From positions 8,428,688-8,492,687 of the forward strand of contig NC_069000.1 in NCBI RefSeq assembly GCF_001194135.2: a DNA stretch of 64,000 nucleotides, in the 5' to 3' direction. This stretch comes from Octopus bimaculoides. Taxonomy: Eukaryota. The first letter of the stretch is position 1, and each line of letters begins with the position of its first letter. This document shows, in pieces, positions 12,724 to 25,385 of the stretch. The translations under genes and the position numbers were made by a program. Below the pieces are notes generated by a model that made no database searches, was not told the DNA's origin, and saw nothing but the letters and a program-made list of their open reading frames with translations.

Positions 12724-12927
12724 AAGAGTCAGAATTTTTTTAGGCCATCCTAAGAGTCAGAATTTTTTTAGGCCATCCTAAGAGTCAGAATTTTTTTAGG
12801 CCATCCTAAGAGTCAGAATTTTTTTAGGCCATCCTAAGAGTCAGAATTTTTTTAGGCCATCCTAAGAGTCAGAATTTTTTTAGGCCATCCTAAGAGTCAG
12901 AATTTTTTTAGGCCATCCTAGGAGTCA
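12724..12927. repeat. Perfect 28-bp minisatellite (AAGAGTCAGAATTTTTTTAGGCCATCCT) x7
   Basis: AGAGTC recurs at 12725, 12753, 12781, 12809, 12837, 12865 and 12893, followed by a partial copy. Confidence 0.97.
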
Positions 12928-13939
12928 AGCCTGTCATACAACTTATTTTTCATAACTGGCCTCTAGTCCTACTTCAAGTCATATATTTTGCTTGGCATAG
13001 GCAGACCACAGCAGGCAACATTATTCAAAGTGAAACAGAGGCAGCGAAGACAAGAACGATGACATTAGGATCCCTAAACTGGAAAGTTTTGAGAACCTAC
13101 GAGCACATCCTTTAAGTCATATCATCTTTACTGTTAATGTGGCCATCCTAGCTTGTCAACAAACAACATGGATATGTAATGTTAACCTTTTACATGTTTC
13201 AGCCTTGAGGCTGTGGCCATGCTGGGGCACCGACAGTGGAAAAAGAACTGAATACAAATAAACTGAGAGAAAGCTGAATATAAATAGAATCTAATCTCAA
13301 TTTATCATATCTGATGAATATTATCAGAATAATTATTGAGGGAAATGCCATTAATGGAGATAAACTTCCATGTGTTGAGTCTGCAATCTGCTTTCATTTC
13401 CCAGTGGTTTGTAGCTTATCACTTGGGGTCACTAATACCCTAGACAAAAGGCCATAAAAGCCACATGTTTCTCCACACATTTAATATGAAGGTTTATATC
13501 TATGCAAGACATTATTGTTGTTATCGTAGACGTTATTGAGTTAATCGTGTGAGAAACATTATTAATAGGTGCATCATATATGGAAATGCTCCTGATTGTT
13601 CTGCACCAGGTCTAAAATTGTTGCTTGGCATTTCTTTGCTAAGTAGAAATATTTACGGTGGCACATTCTTGTTAAAGATTCCTCATCTCGAATTTCATAT
13701 CAGACACATTGTTTTGGCACTACAGTTCTAACTTGGCAATGAAGGTTGTGTTGAGCTGTGCTTATTAGCTGAATAATCTCATCATTTGCCACGTGCATTG
13801 TTTCTATGGTTACAGCAGCTTTCAAAATCGTTTTTATTTCAGGATCTTCTACAACTAGTTTCTGAAACAGCTGATATTTTATTTTTCTTAGTCAAATATT
13901 TGCCAACATTAAGAATGCATTCAACAAAGTTTCACTGTT

Positions 13940-14850
13940 GTCAGGTGACCATTAAGAAAACTAAGAACAGATGAATGACTTGTGAGAGTCATACACACCA
14001 TGTTCAGAGGGAAGGGTCAACAAAATGAGAGCTAACAATAAATTCTATAAGGAATTTAACAAGCAAATTGGAGTACATCAAGGCTCAGTTTTCAGTACCC
14101 TTCTGTTAACTATAGTCCTGTAGGCCAGATAAAACGGCATAAGTCCAGTTGTCTAGAGGAATGCCAGTGTGCCAATAATCTAGTTTTCATAGCTTAATCA
14201 GACAAAAAAAATATAAAGAAAAATTTCTGAAGATGACAACAAAAAGCTAGAACTGAGAGATCTCAAAATAAGCCTGGCAGAGACTAAAGTTTATGTTAGC
14301 AAAACAGAAAACAAATTACAACTGCTGTTGCGCTCGACATGCAAGAGCAGATAGGAATTTCATATGTTGTGCCCAGTTTAAACTATGGATGCACATAAGT
14401 GTAATGGGATGGCAGGCAGGCTGACAGGAAATGTAGACTTCATATACAGAGATGTACAGTTAATGGTAAGAGTACATATGAAATAAGTTCCTGCAAACAC
14501 TTGGAAGACTTCCTACAAGTAACTGATAGCTTCTGTTACCTGAATGACCTAATAAGCAATGGGAGAGGAGTGTTCCAAAAGCTTAGTAATCATATTAAGA
14601 ATCAAATGGCACAAGTTCAGAGAACAATTACCACTGCAGGTAACAAAAAGTTTCTCCCTCAGAGATTGTACAATGCTTGTATAGCGAGATATGGAGATTG
14701 AATGACGAGGATCTGTAAAAGCTGGAAAGGAAAGAAGCAAGTTTGATCTAATGCATGTGTAATATTAGCATGCATGAACGAAAAACAAAAGAGCTGTAAA
14801 GAAAAACATGAATGACAGAGAACAATTGAATTGAGAGGAATTAAATGCTG
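13940..14850 (+). mobile_element. Decayed RTE-clade LINE reverse transcriptase fragment
   Basis: QIGVHQGSVFSTLLLTIVL near 14064. A degenerate YADDLV equivalent (CANNLVFIA) follows, with later similarity to RTE ORF2 and many stops and frameshifts. Confidence 0.8.
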
Positions 14851-15088
14851 CATCACGGAATTTTGTCAGTGAACAGGTCGTGGTTTCAAAGTGACGAAAA
14901 TATTTTGACAATTTAAATTTAAATGTAGAAGTGAATCTAACGGTTTCCGTGTGTGTTTTTCAAATGGCTTATAAACACCTTCTGCACTGCAATTGTTTTA
15001 TTAAAAGGCCTTTATTAAAAGGTATTGAAAGGCATTTATGGCACAAGGTCATAAATGAATAACTGAGATAAGAACATGGAACACTTAC

Positions 15089-15184
15089 CGTGTAAGGATT
15101 CTATAGTTGGACTTTTGAAAAGAGGAGTCAGCAGCAGCAAAATGCCATAGATTAACGAGAGTCCACTGTAACGAACCAAACATC
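15089..15184 (-). CDS. Piezo: Piezo coding exon 2 (GCLVRYSGLSLIYGILLLLTPLFKSPTIESLH)
   Basis: Acceptor TTTTTTAATTTTCAG|GATG and donor CACG|GTAAGT. 96 nt, phase 1-1. The peptide matches the Piezo motif ACLLRFSGLSLVYLLFLLLLP (human PIEZO1, from memory). Confidence 0.96.
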
Positions 15185-15224
15185 CTGAAAATTAAAAAAA
15201 GATTTTGTAGGAAATAAAACTGCT

Positions 15225-15445
15225 AAGTTACAGGGACATAAACACACCAGCATCAGTTGTCAAGCAATGTTGCGGAGGACAAACACACACACATACACAG
15301 ATATAAATATGATGGGCTTCTTTCAGTTTCCGTCTACCAAATCCACTTACAAGGCTTTGGTCAGCCTAAAGCTGTAGTAGAAGACACTTGCCCAAGGTGC
15401 CACGCAATAGGACTGAACCCAGAACCATATGGTTGGTAAGCATAT
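15225..15445 (-). mobile_element. SINE family A copy about 40 nt upstream of the Piezo exon 2 acceptor
   Basis: GGGCTTCTTTCAGTTTCCGTCTACCAAATCCAC...GGACTGAACCCAGAACCATATGGTTGGTAAGC. Confidence 0.85.
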
Positions 15446-15918
15446 ATATATACATATTTTACATTTCATATCCAAACTAATATATTTTGATTTATCTAAT
15501 TTGTTTATCTGCATAATTGTGTTTAATAAAATGTGTGTGTGTGTGTGTATGTATGTACATATGCATGTTTAGGCAAATCAAAATTAAAAACAGGAAAATA
15601 CAACAAAAGTCAATTCCATGAACACAGCAAATATATTAGATTGACACTCAATGAAAGTTTTAAAGAGAAAAATAGGAGTGGAAATGGTGTTTCAAGTATG
15701 GCTCTTCATCGGAAATAGGAAAATGTCAAGAGAGGAGGAAAAGCATGTGTGTTGTTACATGGCCAATATATATATATATATATATAAATCTGTGGTATTG
15801 TGAAGAATATTTGCTGTTGTCCATCTTTTATACCAAGACAAAACAATGTACATGATAACACCTCCAATCAGTTAAGATGAAAAGCCATGAGAGCCACTGA
15901 CTGGTGCTGCAGCAGGGA

Positions 15919-15956
<38 letters not shown>

Positions 15957-16698
15957 CTACAATACTTTAACAGGGTTTCTAAGATTGCTGGAAGGGAAGG
16001 AGGAAGGTATCCTCGAACCAGGGACATACTCCCTATGCCTGCAACAGAAGAGACTTCCCTACTAGCACCCAAGGACCAGGCAGTAGTGTTAAAACAGAGT
16101 GCTGGATTAAGAGTACCCCTGAAGAGTGGTGGCAATGGTAGCAGCAGCAGCAGTTGTAGCTGTAAGAACAGCAGCAGTAGTTGTGATGCTGGTGGCAGGG
16201 TGGGTGACAGCAGCAACAGCAGCAGTAACAGTATCACCATCCTTGTCACCTAACTAACCACAACCTTCCCTTGTGATAATTACTGGCTTACCAATGTCTT
16301 CAGCATTAACCACTTGAACACATTAACATATAATTTAACTGTCAAGTAATTGCTGTTTACATTACTTACTACCACTTTAAGCGATGTCTTCTACCTTCTC
16401 CGGCTAGGCTATATTTATTTAGCTTAACACCCATCATTAAGTTCCTTACCCACACAGGACGTATATCTAGCTCCAATTTAACACACAATACTTGTTATAG
16501 CCAGAGAGCAAATACAATTATATTTTACTATTGGTCTTGCCATTTAGGGTCCGCAAACAGAAAAGGTGTTTTACAACAGTTGCTATCAAATCCCATTAGT
16601 GTAATTCTGACTTTAATCTCTCCGAGTGCAGTAAATATAAAAATTGCTATTATTAACATATAAATCCATTAAACTAATCTCTAAGGAATAAACCCAAG

Positions 16699-16731
<33 letters not shown>

Positions 16732-18934
16732 ACTCAGGTCAACTTGTTGAATGTCAGTGATTTTGGTACTTTTGAATGAGACTGGACTGACAAGTTTCCA
16801 TTGGTTGTTGCTTTGGATGTACCCCTATATATGTAAAACTGGGTGGGAAGGTGCACAATACTTTTGTTTAAAGGAAAAGGGTTAACTTCAAATCCAAAAA
16901 TTTATTAAATTTTATTTTAATTATGGTAACAAAATATGTTTTGGAAAGATTTATATCAATGTATAGGCAGAAGTATGACTGGGTGGTTAAGAAGCCCACC
17001 TTGTGACCACATAGAAACAGCATGGACTTGTTGAGTATAGAGTTGCTTGCAGCTCATTCTCACAAGTGTTAATCAGGTCAGCTATGACTGATCAAATAAA
17101 AATTATTAAAAAAAAAAAATAGCCCAAGTATTGTTGGATGATCATTAATTTTCATTAGTTTCAACCAATCTAAAATCCCTAACTTAACATTGAATGTACA
17201 AAAGTAATCACGTTTTGGAAATTAAAGCAACTAAAAAAGAAAACCAACCTGGAAATCAGATTGTTGGTCATACAACTATACTAAGAGGAAGAAAAATGAG
17301 CTTCAAGAAAATTATCAGTATTTTTTTTTTTTTACAAAGAAATGTTTGCTTTTGTATTTGTTCTTTTATCTTCTCTTTCTTTCTCTCTCTCACACACACA
17401 TACATATTTTAGCAAACATATTGCTAAAGAGAAATATCATGCCAAATTTCTTTATCGCAACCTATAACCTACAAACTATCCATGCATGCAACCACACCAA
17501 TCAAACTAGATTTGTACAAGTATTTATTTTCTACCTATTTATCCAGCAAGTGAAAAGATTATAAAAAAAGGTTAACAAGACTTACCTGGTACATAATTTC
17601 ATAATTACATAGACTGTGTAAACATTTTATGACCAATTTATCATACAACTGATTAAATAACTACCATAAAACTAAAAGTTCTTCCCCCAAAACATGCAGC
17701 AACTACTAAAGATATGAACTCCCGACCTTGGAGTTATTAATATAACATTTTAAGCATTTAGTATTGCTTCTGCTAAAATATCTTGTTCTGAAACCTTGGG
17801 CAAGTAAATTTAGCATCCAGATTACTCTGTCAAATGTAATATTTATTTGTTCACATAGCTTTGAATTAATCATGCATTATCTTACAGCTTGGAGATTTCT
17901 CTGATGCACTCATGATATTTTGCATGGAATATTGGAGAAATAAGTTTTAATCAGTGGTGTATTTCGATTCCTGAAGCATGTTGTACAGTGGGCGATTGCC
18001 TGATAAAGAACTGGAATTATAATGTAATTTAAAACAAACTATGAAAGAAAATCAACCTGGAAATCAAATAGTTTGCCCATATGAGTGTGCAAAAAGAAAT
18101 GAAAGACGGAAATAGCTTCTGAGAAAATTATAAACATTTTCCACGAGATATGTTTGTTTTTGCATTATCTTATCTTCTGTGTGTGTCTGTCTGTCTCACT
18201 CACACGCACGCGCGCGCGCGCGCACACGCACGCACACACACACGCACACACACACACACTCTCTTCAGCTAAAAGTGAAACTCACTTAACCCTTTAGCCT
18301 TTAAACCAGCCATATGTAGCCCAGGTATCTTATCTGTTTTATGTTCATGTTGATCAGAACCAGCCTCTCACACCTACCCTACAATGCCATTCAAAAAATA
18401 GACAATTACTGGGTGGCAGTAATTGAGAAAGAAATAAAGCGAGAGGTAGTGATGGAGTGCCAGAGCAAACTCGCATAGTATATATATATGTATATTTGTA
18501 TGTATGTATGTATGTATATATACACACACGCATGCACCCACGCACCTACACAGAGTCATAATCAATATGCATATTAAGTATTCTGTGAGTTGCGTACAGA
18601 CATTTACACCAAACACAACTAAGAAGGTAACAGGCTGCGTAAATAGTATGAACTTTCAACTGGTTTGTATTAGTAATCAATAGCGCTTAGGATTAAATGA
18701 CTAATAACAGCAATGTTTCTGTTCGTTCAGTCTTTTACTTGCCAGTGAATATTTCACGGAAAAAAACCCCGTATACTTAAGGATGCATCTGTACAACCTT
18801 CAGTGACTGGTTCTAGCAATCATATTCGAGTTCAATTAACATCCTCTCCTCCTGGCACTTGAGTTCATAAAATAAGGACCTGTATTATATGAAGATCAGT
18901 TTAAAATTCCTTGTATCTGATCAGAAAAAGTTAT

Positions 18935-19130
18935 GTGCCCCCCCCAGAAAGTGCCACCCTTGGATGTGCCACCCTCGGAGTGTGCCATAGGGCTCCCCAG
19001 ATATGTCACCCAGAAAGTGCCACCCTTGGATATGCCACCCTCGAAGTGTGCCATAGGGCTCCCCAGATGTCCCACTCTTGGATGTGCCACCCTCGGAGTG
19101 TGCCATAGGGCTCCCCAGATGTGCCACCCT
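18935..19130. repeat. GC-rich higher-order minisatellite built from GTGCCACCC subunits
   Basis: CAGAAAGTGCCACCCTTGG at 18945 and 19011 (period 66). TAGGGCTCCCCAGAT occurs three times. Confidence 0.9.
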
Positions 19131-19229
19131 CAACTATTTAGCTACCTACACCACTACAATGGTGTAGATGAAGATGTAGCATAGGTGTAGGGGGTGGCTG
19201 TGCGGTAAGAAGTTTGCTTCTCATATCTG

Positions 19230-19625
19230 ATTAGTAAGGTTTGTTTTGCCATGCTCGACTGGGCCCTCTCCAGTACTGTGAGTCACCAATCATCACCACT
19301 TCTCTAAGATGCAGCATCTCAAGATAACTTTTCACTACTATCCTAAGTCTTCTTTGATTTCTATCACTCTTTATCTCTCTTCCAAGGATCCATTCATTTT
19401 GACTGCATGGTATTCCTTTATAAAGATCTCATCTTCCATACACATCACATACCTGTACCAGTATATCTTCTCTCTTCCTCACTACATCAGATGTCTCTCA
19501 TTTCCATTTTTTCTCTCAGTTCATTTGTACTCTATTGTTCGTGTACACTAAACCGCCACACCCACTGCAGCGTGCTTTGTTTCCTTCTGGTCTTTGCAAA
19601 TTCTCTACTTAACCACTTGCAACGG
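19230..19625 (-). mobile_element. RTE LINE ORF2 C-terminal fragment
   Basis: Degenerate translation ...STLQWVCG.SVHEQ*STNELREKMEMRDI... resembles the RTE C-terminal region before the R.W.GHV.RM motif. Confidence 0.6.
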
Positions 19626-20859
19626 CAAGACTGAACAAAAATATGACTTCCTAAACGTCAAATACTATAAAATGGGAAAAGAAAATTTCAATACAAAAAG
19701 ATAAAATGAAAAACAACCAAATATGCTGTGTGCCATCCACCAAACTAGGAGAACAATAGCAGCAAGTGCCTGGAGAAGATATTTCGCATAGCAAGTTTTC
19801 CCACTCTACAGTAATATATATATAAAAATGTTACAGCATCAGTAAGTATCACAGAATTCACCGAATGCGGAAGGCTGTTTTCTATGACATGTCAATTAGG
19901 CAGCTTACTTTAACAGTCACAACTATAACTATCACTTATAATACAGATTGCATGTTCTGTAATTTGTCAGATTTTTTTTTTTTTTGTTAGATCTAAAAAA
20001 GAAAAAAAAAACTAGCAAAATACCATGGCTGAAATCCTGTGTAATTGGAAATAGCTTGATATAAATGTGGAGGAAACCTCTAGCAAATTTTTTATTCCAA
20101 TTCAAGAGGCTACTGTTTCCTGTTAAGCTTTTATTTGTCTTGTTTATTATCAAAATATCAAGGCTAGCTTCTTCCTCATGCTCGGCTGTATGTGAACTGT
20201 TCGACAATAAGCAACAGGAATGGCCACTAACATAGAATGAAAGCAAAATATTTTTTTTTTCTAAAGAATAACTATAAACAAAGCTGTAGAATCTTGCTTT
20301 GTTTGAAAGCTATTATTACAAATTTCAGAGATGTATTTGTCTGGCAAGTGATTTGATCTGAGAATGTGTGCTGAAACTAAAAGAATTACAGTGTGGAAGA
20401 CACATATTAAAAAACACAAAGACTCAACTCAACTTAAACATTTATTATTTGCTGTCAAAATTTTCATTGTAATGATTGGATGTACAAGAAGGGTGATCAA
20501 TGGAAAATACAAATGAGAAGGGATGATGTTAAGAATGAGGCATGTATTTCAAAATAAAGTGGTTTAGAGGAGAGGGAAAGATAGCTGGGAGAACAGAAAG
20601 TGGTAGTGTAATGTATAACCAGTAGATCCTGGTTCAAAGAAACTAATTTCTAGTCATATATAAAGTAGTTCTGCTCTCATTGAATTACAACAGCAGAATA
20701 ATGCAGTAGACAGGGGAGTGATGGAGGAATGAGTAATAGGAAAATGAAAATGAGGGGTTAAGAGAACAGCAAGTGAAAGTTTGACAGGAACATATTGGAT
20801 AAGGGGCTTGATTGAGTGCATACAATTTATGCTTCTAGAACTTCAGTTTTGCCATGCTA

Positions 20860-21480
20860 GCATAGATGGACATAACTTCTCGGGCACTGTGTATCACCAA
20901 TCAACTTGGTCCTTTGTCATCTCCTTGGAGAGGATATTCGTCCTGTATATGACTTAAAACTGCATCCAGTAGTGAGGGCCATGGTTCAGGAGATGCAGTG
21001 TCTTGAGGAGGAACATAGAACCACCTCTTAGACCCTATTGCTCCCAGGTTTTCTCTACTCTAAAGTAGTGGCACCTGTCAGGGTCATAGCTATGGGTTAA
21101 TTAACATGTTATGGAAGAACCCTCCAAGCACAAATCCTCACTGCCTTGCGAGTACCTTGGAAAAAGAGAAGTCCAAGGGTATCAAACTTGTCAGCAAATC
21201 AAGGAGTGGAGTTCCTAAGACAGTCCAGTGTTCTCTCTGATGCCCTTCAGGCAACTCCAGGGTAGGTGGTACTCTCCACTCATGTAAGGCAATCCACTTA
21301 GAAAGAGGCCACTCCAATGTAAAACCTATAGCTTGCTGGTCATCGCAACTGTCTTAGCCCACTGAGCCCTCAATTATAAAGTGCAGAATAGGATTGCATG
21401 GATTGATTCTCAGTTTAAAACTACTAAGCACAGGCAGGAAGAGAAAGCCAACAGCACCAAGGATCAGTTTACACAGCCAC
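20860..21480 (+). mobile_element. Probable 5' UTR region of an RTE-clade LINE
   Basis: The motifs CTGCCTTGCG, AAATC..GAG..GGAGT.CCTAAG.CAGTCC and GGCAACTCC recall RTE 5' UTRs (from memory). Confidence 0.4.
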
Positions 21481-24400
21481 TTGAGGGCATGCTGCTCTTT
21501 TTCGAGACCTTCTGATACGAAGAAACTGCCATCATCATGTAACCACACTCCCCAGTGAAAAATATTGATTCAGTCATGATGTTTGGAAACACCTTCAATT
21601 CTAAGTGTTTTATTATTTAACCAATGATAACGTTCTCATTTTCACATGATTTAAACTGATATTATAAGCTATCAAATCCAACAACATGCTACAGTGGCAA
21701 TGCTATAAATACAATATGTGGATATCTTAATACCATGCTCTCCATTCTAAATGACTTCAGTGATAACAGTACAATAGAAAACAACAGGCTATTTACTCGA
21801 TAAAGAGAACAAGAAATTGTTGTCTATCTCCAAAAAGTTCATTATGACAGCAAATAATTGAGTAAAGAATATTGATTCTCTATAGCAACAGTTAAAACAA
21901 GTTACCAGCTGGCTAGTCAGCGACTGGCTAAAATACAAGAATGGCAAGGCATACACAGTCATACTAATTTATTATTATAATATACGCCACTTAGATTCCG
22001 GATAAAAATAGAGCTTCAAATACTACAAGGATGAGCATTTGTGTGCTTACAGAGCTAAAGCATAAATAATCTTGGCTTTGATTAATATTCACAATCATTG
22101 TCAGTAGCGATATTTTACATTCAGATTTTGCCTCTATCTCTAAAAATTAACTTTCTAGAATGCTATACAGCTCAAAGGTGGTGTGCTGGCAAAGTTGTTA
22201 GGAGTGGCTGTGTGGTCAGAAGCTTGCTTCCCAACCACATGGTTCCAGGTTCAATCCCACTGCATGACACCTTGGGTAAGTGTCTTCTACTAAAAGGGTT
22301 AAGGACACAAAAGTATTAAAGCGAAAGGAATACTTAATAACTGATATTAAAATTAGAACCGAAACTGTTAACTATGAGTTATTAGTATTGTATCATCCTG
22401 CCTGCGATGGAATAAAAAAGAAACAGTATGTACAATGCTGAGATATCATCATCACTATCTTTTAACATCTATTTTTCTATGCTGGCATGGGTTGGATGGT
22501 TCAACAATTGGTAGTAAGCCACAGGACTGCATAAAACTCTTATGTCTGCTTCGGAATGGTTTCTACATCTGGATGCCCCTTCCTAATACCAACCACTTTA
22601 CAGAGTTTTCTGGGTACTTTTCTTTTTTTAAGGAGCACTGGAACTTGTGAGGTCATCAAGTAACTTACAAGACAAGAACGCCTCAAGTGAGGTGGTCGGG
22701 GAAAGGAGTTTTGAGGGAAGTGCAATCGTCCTCATCTTGAATATTCTCAATCTTTTAAATTTGAAGCTTGAAACTTTAATCCTCTCCCACACCCCACACC
22801 TCCACCACCAATACCGTACTACCTCCCCTTTCACTTTCCCCTTGAATCATCATGCTTGAGTGGGAAGGGAATCCACTCTAGCAACCACTACCCACCCACC
22901 CTGATTCCTCACCCACCATGCTCTCAAGTCCTATTACTTTGAGGATACATTCTGGCTCCTCCTCATCATCATCATCTTATCTCTCCTCTACACACCTGGC
23001 TATCCACCCATATATATCAATGGGTAGCACTGCCTCTCCCCCTACACAACCCTCTCCACTGATCTCATCATTCACACTTTAACTAATCCCCTGACACTTT
23101 CTCCCTTTCCTTCCTATTACTACTTTCTCTAACAAAGTCTCTGTTAGTCTCGCTTCCTCATCACCCTCTCTTAACAATAATCCTGTGTAACTCCATCAAC
23201 AACAACCATCCAACCTACACAGAAATGTCAAGCAGACCAACCACCCCATCGCCATTTTCTCTACCCCCCCGTCCCCTTCGCATTAATTCCTGACATTACT
23301 CTTCACCCTCCTCCTCCTCCTCGTCTCTTCCATTATTTCCACCCCACACCGTTCTCTCCTATATTTTCTTCACTACCATCCTTTCACAAAAAAATCTCCT
23401 ATCATAAAGGCTCTCTTTCACACAGTGAACCACAATGCAGTCTCACCAGTGCTGGTGCCACAAAATGCACTAAGTATGCTCTTAAAGTAACTGGTAATTA
23501 ATTCAAACAGCAACAATACTGAGCTTGTGAACACTCGTTAGCCTAGGCATTTCATCCAGCACTCTTCACCCTTTTGATACCAACCCGCCTGAAACCACTT
23601 CTGGCTCTGTAGTACAAATGTCAGTGGGACTGAACCTAGAACCACGTGCTTGGAAAGTAAGCTTATTACTATACAAGCACACCCACATCTTGACTACTTC
23701 ATCCTTATGCTTTCCCTTTGTTTCACTTCAGGTTTTCTATTTTGTCACCAAACCCTTAAAACAATTTAATTCAGCTTTGTCGATTAAATCTATAATCTTT
23801 ACTAAAGAAATCTACAGAGAAAAATTGAAGTCAGCTAACAGAGAGGATTACTCGTTTAACACTTAAACCAGCCCTGTGTGCTAAGAAGCTTGCTTCCCAA
23901 CCACATGGTTCCAGGTTCAGATTGTGAGAACGGAACATCCACTGATCCAATCGCCTGACTTGTAGGGGACAGTAGCCCCTATCAGCATTCCAGATGTCAG
24001 GGACTCGGTCTTTACTGCACCTAGCACTGCAGTTCCATCAAGATAAGACGAAATGCAGAATGCACACACCCATTCACTATGTTGGAATTTCTACAGATGG
24101 CGCACCCTCAGTGCATGCCTGCACATCAACAGTCAGGGCACACCTCACTTGCCATGCAGAGATCACTGGTTGTGGAGGAACCACCTGACCAGTGAAACAC
24201 CATGGTAGTGGTGGTGTTTCCAGAAGCCACAGTAAATGTAGGTGGCAGCACAACTAGTGGTGGTAGTGGAAGAGGTGGTACATTTACTTCTTGATGTTAC
24301 TGATAATTGTAAAAGTACTGCTACATTTATCTCCCTGAAGACTACCAAGTTTAAAAAATCCATGATGCTGTTGTCATTTCTATTGATTTTGTTTATATTT

Positions 24401-24521
24401 TTCTCTGTATAAGTGGAGGAGCGGGTGTGTATTAAATTTGTTTTAATTTTTAAGCTGGCTCTGTTGCCATAACAATGACATTGTGGCCAGTTTTAATTGT
24501 AGCCTCATGAACACCAGACTG

Positions 24522-24600
24522 AAGAGAGTCCGCCACTCGCAAGAGAGTCCCCCACTCACAAGAGAGTAGTCCCCCACTCGCAAGAGAGTCCCCCACTCTC
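24522..24600. repeat. 19-bp tandem repeat AAGAGAGTCCCCCACTC(G/A/T)C x4
   Basis: Units start at 24522, 24541, 24560 (3-nt insertion) and 24582. Confidence 0.9.
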
Positions 24601-25159
24601 ACTTTCTCTGAGCTCTTTTTTTTTTTTACTCTCTCACTCTTGTTTAGCTTCATTAAATATTGAAATATTAATATACAAATGGCTCAATGCCATCATTTTT
24701 TTTTTTTGCCAGAGAAAATTATAATTTCATACATTTGAAAAAAAAAAAAAATTCAAAATAACCAATACGTCTATTTGGAGTGTCATCAGATAAAAAAAAC
24801 AACAGCATGCAAGCAAAGCAGCTGCACAATACTGGAAAAACATCTCACAAACAAGCACCTATGATGAGAGCAGAGAATAAGAAACAAGAAATTTTAACAA
24901 AAACTTACAGAGCCCCCATCAGCATGGTTTCTTGTTCCATGGTTAATAACAGGAATAACATTGATGATGATGATGATGATGCTATTTAATGTGGATAGTG
25001 ATAGTATTAATGATGACGATGATAAAAATCCTTTCTAATTTTGGCAGTTTTGATTGGTACTTCATTCCCTCAATCCTGATGTGATGAAAAGCAATGTCAA
25101 CTTTGACAGAATTTAAACCCAAAATATAATGAGTTAGAATAATAATAATAATATGATAA

Positions 25160-25385
25160 TAATAATCCTTTCTACTGAAGGCACAAGGCCTGAAATTTTG
25201 GCGGGAGTCGACCAGTCGATTATATTGACCCCAATGTTTCACTGGTATTTAATTTATCAACCTTGAAAGGACGAAAGGTAAAAGTCAACCCCAGCGGAAT
25301 TTGAACTCAAAATGTAACGACTGACGAAATACCCCTAAGCATTTTGCCCGGCATGTTAACAATTCTGCCAACTCATCGCTTTTAT
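25160..25385 (-). mobile_element. SINE family B (tRNA head + GCCTTTCATCCTTTCGGGGTCGATAAATTAAGTACCAG central domain)
   Basis: Same sequence as the near-intact copy at 43309. Other copies near 31790-31925, 51500-52055 (three), 55915-56010 and 62390-62495. The central domain resembles MetaSINE-type domains (from memory). Confidence 0.8.
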
